A stretch of DNA of 32,000 bases from Candidatus Saccharimonadota bacterium (GTDB taxonomy: Bacteria; Patescibacteriota; Gracilibacteria; BD1-5; UBA6164), in the NCBI GenBank assembly GCA_004563595.2, contig CP042461.1, positions 900,001 to 932,000 of the forward strand, given 5' to 3'. Positions 22,135-31,042 of this stretch are shown here, piece by piece. Below the pieces are notes generated by a model. It had not been told where the DNA came from, made no database searches, and saw nothing but the letters and a program-made list of their open reading frames with translations. Positions within the stretch are counted from its first letter, which is position 1. Each line of letters opens with the position of its first letter. A program made the translations under genes and the position numbers.

Positions 22135-22821
22135 TTAGTTACGATAAAATGTTGGTCTATACACATGAAACACTGTATATGTTTGATTAATTGACTGTAA
22201 TGTAACATTTTTCTGTGAAGAATGACCATCACTATTTTGGTAGCTTACCTTGATGCCACTATATGAATTATATAGCTTATCAGTCACTATCATAGAATGA
22301 TCAATATGCCCATTTCCTGACCAATCAGCAAAAATAACATCACCCTCTTCAACTTTTGAAGTATTCAAGTATTGCGTTGAACTATCTTTGGTTATAAAAT
22401 CAAAGTGCATCCCCCAATATGAATTTGAGTTACTTTTTGCATAAGTGTAGAGTTCATGAGCACCAGCCCATGCATAACCTCGTGATGATGGAGTATTATA
22501 ATACCAACAATAATCACACCCTTTATCTCTATCTGCCATATAATAGCCACGCTTATTATATACATAGTTCTTGTCAGAATTATCTACCAAACCAGCTAAA
22601 ACTGCTTGACTAACAAAGTTAGTACAGTTTCCACCATATGATTGATACTCTGGAAATGCAGTACTAGTTTTTGCATAATTCAATGCATACTGTACTGCTG
22701 GAGTACTGGAATAAGTACAAACCCCCTTAGCATAGTCACCACATGAGCTTGAACTCGCAGACATAGCTACACTTGAAAAAAATGAAGCTAGTACAATCAA
22801 AACAACAAAAATTTGTCGCAT
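22135..22821 (-). CDS. Secreted putative cell-wall amidase (Amidase_6 / NlpC-P60-like papain-fold domain), UGA-free
   Basis: The ORF is uninterrupted in the standard code. Preferred start is ATG at 22819-22821 (MRQIFVVLIVLASFFSSVAMSA signal peptide); the stop is TAA. Motifs: AVQYALNYA ... YGGNCTNFVSQAVLAG (Cys nucleophile context) and GHIDHSMIV (His). All 15 Gly are GGN and none is TGA. Trp is TGG. The sequence is visibly less AT-rich than its neighbours. SD-like AAGGAAAAG lies upstream of the ATG. Confidence 0.8.
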   Translation of the reverse strand: MRQIFVVLIVLASFFSSVAMSASSSSCGDYAKGVCTYSSTPAVQYALNYAKTSTAFPEYQSYGGNCTNFVSQAVLAGLVDNSDKNYVYNKRGYYMADRDKGCDYCWYYNTPSSRGYAWAGAHELYTYAKSNSNSYWGMHFDFITKDSSTQYLNTSKVEEGDVIFADWSGNGHIDHSMIVTDKLYNSYSGIKVSYQNSDGHSSQKNVTLQSINQTYTVFHVYRPTFYRN

Positions 22822-23149
22822 TTTTCTTTTCCTTTTGTTTGTGTTTTTACTTCCAACCTTGAAAGCACACAAAATATATGAAAAAACTTTTCTTTTACAA
22901 ATTTATTCTCGACTTTCTTCTCTATTTTAAGCCATTTTAACTTTTCAAGACATTCATTATAATGACAAGACATTAACAGGACATTAACAAAAATAATTTT
23001 CTATTTTTAAATGTTAAAAACTTAATTTTCATCCCTTTAAATTCTGATTTTTATTTTCATATTTTTAAAAAATATTTTTTTATCTTCTCTATATTGATAA
23101 TTCAGGTCATTTCTATACAATCAATATATAATCTTCTCATCAGAAAAAA

Positions 23150-25144
23150 ATGAAAAAAATAAAATTACTCCTCATCTTTATTCCTCTCCTGTTAATTTTC
23201 ACATCAATACTCTCATTAAAAATCAACCTTCCCACACCTTCTACTATTATATATGACAGTCACGATATTGAAATAGGAGAAATTATACAAGATGAAAAAA
23301 CAAGACATAGACCGATAAAAATTGAAGATATCCCTGAGTTCACAAAACAAGTTATAATAACTCTTGAGGATAAATCATTTTACTCAAATATTTGAATAGA
23401 TTTTAAAGCTATAGCAAGATCACTGTATAATAATATTTCTTCATGAAAAATAGTTGAATGAGCATCAACTCTCTCAACTCAAGTAATTAGAAATAATTTT
23501 TGGCTTAATAAAAAAAGAAGTTATTCCAGAAAAATATCTGAATTTTATCTCGCTCTTATTTTAAATACAAAATATTCAAAAGATGAAATACTCGAAAATT
23601 ATCTCAATAGAATATATTTTTGAAATCTTAACTACTGAATAGAATCAGCTTCACAATATTATTTCGGCAAAACATTACAGAACCTAACAAAAGCTGAGCA
23701 AATTGCTCTTCTTATTATTCCAAAAAATTCAAGCAAGTATTCTCCAAATAAACCAAGCTTCAGAGTACGTTTTGAAAAGGTAGTAAACTATTTGCAAGAT
23801 AACTGAGTTTTATCAGCAAATGAAGCAAGAAATATCCTCAATGAAAAATTAGATTTTAATTATGAATCTAATGCTACTCTTCCCTATATTGTTGATTATA
23901 TTCAAGCAAATAAGCTAGAAAAAGAAAGTAATATAAAAACAAGTATAGATTATTACCTCACAAAAGAGATTGAAAAACTGGCTCTGGATACTGTTTCAAG
24001 TCTATTTTGGAAAGATGTATGAGATTATTGAGTCTTAGTTGTTGATAGAAAAACAAATGAAATAAAAATAATGATATGATGAATAGATTATTATTTAGAA
24101 AATGGGCAAGTAAATTCAACAACAGCTCTTAGGCAAGCTTGATCAACTATAAAACCTTTTACCTATATACTAGCATTTCAAGAACTTTGATATAAACCAA
24201 GCTCAACCATAATAGACCTCCCTATACAGTTTTCCACTGCTGAAGGAAATACTTATAGCCCAAAAAACTACTCACTTGATTATAAATGAGAAGTAACATT
24301 AGCAGAAGCACTCAGCCAAAGTATCAATATTCCAGCCGTAAAACTTACAAATGAAATCTGACTCACAAGATTATACGATTTTTTAAAGTCACTTAACTTT
24401 TCTACCCTTAATGAAGATCCAGAATATTACTGACTTGCGTTAACTCTCGGAGTGTGAGAAATGAAATTAATAGAACTATTAGAAGCCTATACTATATTTG
24501 CTCATGAGTGAAGTATATGTAAGTTTACTATACTCTCTGATTCTGAAAATATTTGTGATCATAAAATAGAAAAAAAATATACTGATATGGTTAATGAAAT
24601 ACTTACAAATAGGTATTTTAAACTTGGATGATTCCCTATTCATTCAAATCTTGATTTTCCAGACAGAAACGTATTTGTAAAAACATGAACTTCAAGAAAT
24701 TTTAGAGATAATTGGTCAATATGATTTACAGATAATTATATGATCTGAGTTTGGGTATGAAACAAAGATGGGACATACATGAAATGAGTTTCTTGAACCA
24801 GTTGAGCTGGAGATATATTTAGGAAAATTGTATACTTGCTCGAAAAAGAAGATCAAGATACAAATGCTATAATATATGATTCATCTGAATTAGAATACTT
24901 AGATATTATATCTCCACTTGATGGAAGTATTTACAAGCAAGGTATAATACAACAAAGAAACCAAGTAAAACTTGGTTTCAAAACAAATATAAATTTTAAT
25001 AATTATGCTTGGGAAGTGAATTGAAAATTATATGATGCAGATTTTTTAGATTTAGAAGCCTGAAATCATGACATAAAAATTAGTATATTTCAGAACTGAA
25101 AATTAATAGGATCTGAGAGTTCGAGAATAGTAGTTGAGGAATAA
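23150..25144 (+). CDS. pbpC: Penicillin-binding protein 1C (bifunctional GT51 transglycosylase / transpeptidase with PbpC-type C-terminal domain)
   Basis: 664-aa ORF, frame 2 checked line by line. TM anchor MKKIKLLLIFIPLLLIF. GT51 motifs EDKSFYSNIGID, GASTLSTQVIRN, RKISE, KDEILENYLNRIYFG. Transpeptidase motifs RQAGSTIKPF (SxxK), SQSINIPAV (SxN), KTGTSRNFRDNW (G = TGA at 24686-24688). C-terminal LDIISPLDGSIY-type domain. Confidence 0.92.
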
Positions 25145-25190
25145 GGGGAGAGGATTCAGGAGAGAGGTATCTATTCAAATGTATACTATT

Positions 25191-26063
25191 CTATTCCCTA
25201 CTATCACAATATGGATCTAAATGAATCATCACATTCCGAGTAAAATTTTTATTAATTTTTGGAATGGCATATTCCACATGATCTGAAATCCTATGTGCAT
25301 CAATGAGCTTTATTTCAGGAGTAAATACTAAGTGAATTTCTACAAACTTTCTGTGCCCTGATTGCCTAGTTTTTAATTCATGATATGAAGTGATCAAAGC
25401 TTGTTTATCTATTATTTTAATAATTTGATCTATTTCTTCTTTATCCAAAGATATATCAAGCAACAATCAATATCACTTCTTTATGAGATCAAATGCTGAA
25501 TAAATAATATACAATGATATTATAATTCATAAAATCGCATCAATAATATAAAATCATGAAAAATGAATGATAACAAGTCATAGTAAGATAACAAGATTAC
25601 TGTACAGGTCTGTTTTATAATGAAGTGAATCTGCATGAATTACGATATTTTCAGTTTGTTTTGCTACCTTTTCTAAAAAATATACTAAAAATCAGGTAAT
25701 AATAACTGATATTATCATCACTCAGATAGAGTAGCTTAAGTACTCTACTTTCTCATTTCCTATAAGCTTTAAAACTGCTGTATAAAAAATAAAAAAACCT
25801 GAAAAAGTAATGATTAATCATTCAAATAGTGCAGCTAACGCTTCTATTTTCCCCCTTCAATAATTAAAAATCCCATCCTCTTTTTTTTCTGAACTTGAAA
25901 CTGCAAAATAATTAAATAATGACACGAATAAATCAAGCAATGAATCTATTGCAGATGATAATACAGCTATTGAACCACTTAAAATTCATATTGCAAACTT
26001 CATAACGAGGAGTAAAAATGCAACAACAGATGAAATAAGAGTGGCCTTTTTTTGTAGTGACAT
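25191..26063 (-). CDS. Cation diffusion facilitator (CDF) family divalent metal efflux transporter
   Basis: 290-aa ORF (ATG 26061-26063, TAG 25191-25193). TM region with SGSIAVLSSAIDSLLDL, FNYGRGKIEALAAL and HADSLHYKTDL. C-terminal cytoplasmic domain YHELKTRQSGHRKFVEIHLVF ... AHRISDHVE. Confidence 0.88.
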
Positions 26064-26113
26064 AGTTATGCTTATGAAATATTGTAACAAGTATAATTGT
26101 AAATCATTAAAAT

Positions 26114-26147
26114 ACAAAAAAACTGAGCTTTCGCTCAGTTTTTTTTA
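26114..26147 (-). terminator. Rho-independent terminator of der
   Basis: Stem aactgagc (26121-26128) / gctcagtt (26133-26140) with loop tttc, between an A-run and a T-run. It begins at the der stop codon and lies upstream of the CDF gene start. Confidence 0.8.
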
Positions 26148-27521
26148 TTTCACTACATCAACATGTTTCCCTCTTCATTTATACTCAATTGTAATTGGAG
26201 TTCCAAAGAATCCGAAATTATCTCTGATTTTATTTTCAAGATATCTTTTATATGAAAAATGAAAATGATTTGGATTATTTACTGTCAGTACAAACTTTGG
26301 TGGATTTACGTCTGCTTGAGTTCAGTAATATATTTTTGGATTATGTGATTTTTTATTTCAAGTTGGTGGATGTTTATAAATAACTTGCTCCATGAAGTTA
26401 TTAAAAATTCAAGTTTTTACTCTTTTAAAACGTTCTTTTTTAATTTCTTCTGCATTTTCTAAAATCTCATCAACTCTTTTTCTTTGCGTAGCTGATGTAA
26501 ACACAACAGATACCCATGGAAGAAACTCTATTTTACTCTTTAGGTAATCTACATACCTATTCATCATTTTTTCTTTATCTACTCCCGGTTTATCTAAAAC
26601 TTTATCCCATTTATTTACGACGATAACAAGTCATTTTTTTTCTTCAAGTACTTTTGAAATAATAGATAAGTCTTGATGTACAATACCATCAAAACCATCT
26701 ACAACTACAGCAATAACATCAGCTCTTGTAATTGCTCTATTGGTTCTCATTACTGACCAATCTTCTATATTTCTCACTCATACTTTTGAGAGCCTTCTTA
26801 CTCATGCTGTATCAATAAGTACAAAGTCTGATTCTTTAAATTTGAATTTTGTATCTATGCTATCTCTTGTTGTATGGTCCATATCTTGTACCATTACTCT
26901 ATTCTCTCAGACTATAGAGTTGATTAAACTTGATTTCCCTACATTTGGTCTTCATACCATTGCGAGTTTTACAAATGAATCATCAATTTCTTCATGTTCA
27001 TAATTCAGTCCTTTTTTAGTTAAGAAATCTGCAACAAATCTTTTGATATCTTTCATCCCTGTATTATGAGATACAGAAACTGGGAAAAATGCTAAATTAT
27101 CTCCGTATCCAGCATGTGAATACGCTTCCATAATTTTGCTTTCGTTATCTGCTTTATTAGCGACAAGAATAACATCAGAAATATTCTTTTCTCTGATTAC
27201 TTTTAATACTTGTTCATCAAGTTCAGTGATTCTATCATATTCAATAATCCATATGAGTAAATCACTTGATTCAATTGATTTTTCTGTTCTCTCTGCAATA
27301 TCTTTTGTGATTTCATCTGTTTTTGAGCTAAAATCTAGCCCACCTGAATCTGATAATATATATGTTAAATTATTATCTTCATCATTGTACTCATATTCAG
27401 AAATATCTCTTGTTGTCCCTTCTTCATCAGCGACAATTGCGATTTTATGTCCTGAATACATATTGAAAAAACTTGATTTCCCTACATTTGGTCTTCAAAT
27501 TATAGTTACTTTTGCTAACAC
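26145..27521 (-). CDS. der: Ribosome-associated GTPase Der (EngA), two tandem GTP-binding domains plus KH-like C-terminus
   Basis: 458-aa ORF, frame checked. No ATG after the upstream in-frame TAA, so GTG at 27519-27521 is used. GD1 P-loop [14 protein letters not shown] (G = TGA at 27495-27497), DSGG, NKAD. GD2 [23 protein letters not shown]-terminal [23 protein letters not shown]. Confidence 0.92.
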
Positions 27522-27604
27522 GTGTTGATTGGTTTAAGAATTTAAATTTTTTTTGACTGTCTGAGTATATTGATTTTTCAAAAAAAACAAGTTTTAGTAA
27601 GAAC

Positions 27605-28519
27605 CTAAAACTTCCCTGTTTTTTTCAAAAATAAATATACCATGAACATTATTGCAACACTTCAGAGTAAAAGTATATAGACAAAATCTGGAGTAGTCCA
27701 GGTTGGAAGTTCTATATTCATTCAGTAAAAACTGGTAATGAGTGTAAGTGGTAATAAAAAAGCTGAAAAAATAGCTAATACTTTTAAAACAAAATTTGTT
27801 TTAATATCAATCATAGCTTTAAATGCATCTTCAACACTATCAATATATTCTGCTAATATATCTATATCACTTAATATTTGATCTAATTTATCTTCCAAAT
27901 CTTCAAAATATACTTCCATTTCTCACGCATATAACTCATTCACTATATGTTCAAGTTGTTTCAATAAAGCAACTTGTGGTTTAAACATATGTTTGAGTAC
28001 AACTATATTTCTTTTTTTGATCATTATCTCTTTCACCAATGAAGAATTTCATTTTTCAAAAACTTTTTTTTCTAAATTTTTAATGTCTAATTTGATATTT
28101 TTTATCATATTAAACATTTTCTCAAGCATAGCTTGAGTGATTTCATATAATATATATCCAGTTGATATTTTTAATTTTTTTGATTCTCATGATACCTTCT
28201 TCTCTCAATAATTTTCAAAAACTTTATTAATTCTTGAAAAAGGAAATTCTCTAAATGTTATTAAAAAATCTTTACTTAAAAACATATTAAACTCATTCAG
28301 TTCATATACTTTTGTTGCTCTATTATATTTTGGATAATGATATACAACAAAGGTATAATCATCATATTTATCAACTCTTGCTCTTTGGTTTCCTTCTAAA
28401 CAAGCTTCTAAATCAAGTTCATGGATCTTATACTTTTCAAGAGTCTTCACAATATCTTTATCAGATAACCCAACCCCATCTATCCAGTGAATTCCGTTTA
28501 TTTTTTGTTTTTTTAGCAT
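27605..28519 (-). CDS. corA: CorA-family magnesium/cobalt transporter
   Basis: 304-aa ORF (ATG 28517-28519, TAG 27605-27607). Signature LLPLTLITSFYGMN, in which the G of GMN is TGA at 27722-27724. Two C-terminal TM helices ending KKTGKF. Confidence 0.9.
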
Positions 28520-28658
28520 ACCCACAAATTTACAAGCTATAATATTAAAACAGTTTATATTACAAATGAGTTTTGTAAAGATTTTCCTCTAAAAAATTGC
28601 ATTTTTTTGATATTATCCTAATATGATAATGTTTTCAACGTCAAAGAAGGAAAGTACC

Positions 28659-28898
28659 ATGAAAAAAGGTAACTTTAATAATGATCTAGAAAATATACAA
28701 AAGTGCTCAGAAGAAATTGTAAATGATATTCTTTCCAAAATCATGAAAGGAGACCTTAACCAAATTCCTAAATTAAAGTCATTTACAGAAGATGAATTAA
28801 CTGAGTTAACTAGACTTTTTAAGTCAAGTACACCAGATAGACAAGTCAAACCAATACCTATTCAATTTCGACTTATCCATCATCATCCAAAAAATTAA
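28659..28898 (+). CDS. Small hypothetical protein (79 aa from ATG 28659; an in-frame upstream ATG at 28623 would give 91 aa)
   Basis: The ORF ends at TAA 28896-28898 and has no TAA/TAG/TGA inside. AAGGAAAG lies 7 nt before ATG 28659. A clean terminator hairpin follows. No recognisable domain. Confidence 0.5.
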   Translation: MKKGNFNNDLENIQKCSEEIVNDILSKIMKGDLNQIPKLKSFTEDELTELTRLFKSSTPDRQVKPIPIQFRLIHHHPKN

Positions 28899-28924
28899 AA
28901 CAAAACAAATTAAGGACACAAAAG

Positions 28925-28950
28925 AATCCCCAAATAAATGGGGATTTTTG
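28925..28950. terminator. Terminator between convergent genes
   Basis: Stem aatcccca (28925-28932) / tggggatt (28939-28946) with loop aataaa, followed by a T-run. Confidence 0.8.
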
Positions 28951-28971
28951 TTTTATAAAATTTTTCTTGTC

Positions 28972-30858
28972 TTAATTTTGTTGAGTATATTCAGTTCAAA
29001 CAGCCCCATGAGGAACATTATTCTTCTTTCATCAATCTACTATTACGTGACTCGCTAAACTAAATGATGATGTTGTATAATGTATGGCAACTCTTCAACC
29101 TCATCCTCATCATCCACTATTTCCTGGATATGTAGCATGATAATATGCATTTCATCCATTTGCATAAATATACCCTGTTCATGATATATCTCAGGCTTCT
29201 ATCCATACACTTCATCAAGAACCTCATCATCCCGCTCTTCTTTGTGTACTTCACATCGTTCATGTTCAATCTGCTCAGTTTGTAGTTATAACCCCATCCA
29301 AAACCATACTTCAAGCTATATGTAATTGAATTGCTCATCCTCCTTTTCATCCATAACTCCAGTTTCATCATCCACTTCATATATCTATTGGCTCAGTTGA
29401 ACTTCCGTAAGATGGTCATCATGCAGCCGAAAATCCTGATGCTCAAGCTCATCCATATCCTCATCCTCATCCAGTATAATACCAGGTTGGTCCTGATTCA
29501 TATACATAATATACTCAATTTCCAGGTCATGTACCTTTATTATATCACCCAAAATCAGCATTTATATATCAACCTGATTCTAAAGTCATACTTGAAGCAA
29601 CAATATTAACAATATTTACTTTTGAAGTTGTGTTAGGTACATGTATTATGGTACCATTTGACTTAACAGTTATATCTCAAATCATTGTTAATTCAGATAG
29701 TCATGATAGCTGAAGAGTAGTTGCATTCGTTCATCATATTTCTAAAGAATAGACTTCAACTCATCATGTAGTATCAAGACTAATAGTTGCATTTGCATCA
29801 ATAGTTACTGCGTCTGATGATGTTGGTAACCTTCATAGATCCCAATTGGCAGTATTTGACCAACTTGTACTTGCTCCTCAAGTCCAAACAATAGGAGTCG
29901 GTGGAATACAAGCATCTCATACTGATTTAACAAATCAAGTATTACATTTCCAACTACATCCTGCAGTTGCTGATATATCGTAAGACCATGATTGGTCATC
30001 TGATGTAGCCGTTCAGTTGTAATATACTGCATTGCCTATACTTGGTTCTGCAGAACATGCATAAGATACAAGCTTTCCTCATAAGAGTAATACTGCAAAA
30101 TTTTCTAAATCGTTATTATCACCTAAGTTTACTCAAGAGAGATAATTGTATTCTCCAGCACTTAAATCAGTTGATCCACTATAAGCAGAGTGTAGGTTTG
30201 TTGTAAAATTTGCATAATTACCAGAAATATTACTTGTATTTACTCCTAAATCTTGCACTGTAAATAGAGTGTCATGTGTATCTACATGGAACGTTGATTC
30301 CGCAGATAAATCTGCACCATCAGCATGAAGTGAAGGTGATGCATAGTATTTGTTATCACCTCAAATAACATAAAAACCATTATATTGTCATACTACCTTT
30401 GGAAAAGTTGTTTCAGAGGCATAAGTAGAATTTGTGATATTATTTTGTTGTGTTACCTCAAAATCATACATAAGTTGATATTCCTTTTGATTCAAGGTTG
30501 TTGAGTAATTCATATATTTTCAAGTCAATGGGTCTTCTGGGATTTTTGATATCCTCCCAACTTGTGTTTGTATAGAAGTAGCTACTTCTCATGTATGCCA
30601 AAGGTTTGTTCCTGATGCTGTTACGAGTGTTGATGAGTCTGGAAGAGGGTACTTACCATACTTAATCACATGTAATTCTAATACATTTTTAATTGATTGC
30701 ATATCAACTATTCTTGTAGAGTTTCTGGCTAATTTACTATATCATTGAAGTGATATAAAAGCGATTGTTCATAAAATAGCCAAAATAGTAATTGTAACGA
30801 TCAATTCAACAAGGGTAAAAGCTTTAGTAGATCGATATGTTTTTTCAAGTATGTTCAT
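28972..30858 (-). CDS. Giant type IV pilin/pseudopilin-like protein with a glycine-rich (beta-helix-like) C-terminal domain
   Basis: 628-aa ORF (ATG 30856-30858, TAA 28972-28974), every triplet checked. N-terminus MNILEKTYRSTKA|FTLVELIVTITILAILGTIAFISLQGYSKLARNS is paralogous to the 6847 gene. Also KIPEDPLTGKYMNY. The C-terminal third has YYTGGGGGYGGAGASGFSAAGGPSYGS, GSGGGNWSYGGKGGGAIQLHIAG, RRAGGGGSGGSVWIEAGDISGTGYIYANGGNA and GNSGGGGGGGRVAIHYT. Confidence 0.85.
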
Positions 30859-30973
30859 AATAGTGCTCTATATTATATTCTTAAAATACTCAAATCATGT
30901 TATAACAATTTGTACTAATTGCAAAAGTATTTCCTATAAATGATAGCTAAAGTATTATAAACAATAATAAAAT

Positions 30974-31022
30974 AAAAAGTAAAGAGTATTTGGCTTTAAC
31001 TTACCAAATACTCTTTACTTTT
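30974..31022 (-). terminator. Rho-independent terminator of aspS
   Basis: 16-bp perfect stem agtaaagagtatttgg (30978-30993) / ccaaatactctttact (31004-31019) with a 10-nt loop. The minus strand continues TTTTTATTTT. Confidence 0.85.
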
Positions 31023-31042
31023 CATGAAGATATGTTGAGATA

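Noticed and set aside
22822-22872. N-terminal extension of the amidase ORF from a TTG start (MCAFKVGSKNTNKRKRK...)
   Set aside because: The internal ATG at 22819-22821 is preceded by an SD-like box and starts a canonical signal peptide. The extension is basic, has no function I can see, and covers the SD.
26740-27528. Plus-strand ORFs 26740-27003 and 27136-27528
   Set aside because: They are antisense to der, whose two P-loops and DxxG/NKxD motifs are unambiguous on the minus strand.
29117-29609. ORFs 29117-29380 (minus, M/K/W-rich) and 29331-29609 (plus) as genes
   Set aside because: The first is out of frame and the second antisense relative to the verified 28972-30858 gene. Both are generated by the TGA/GGA-rich glycine repeats.
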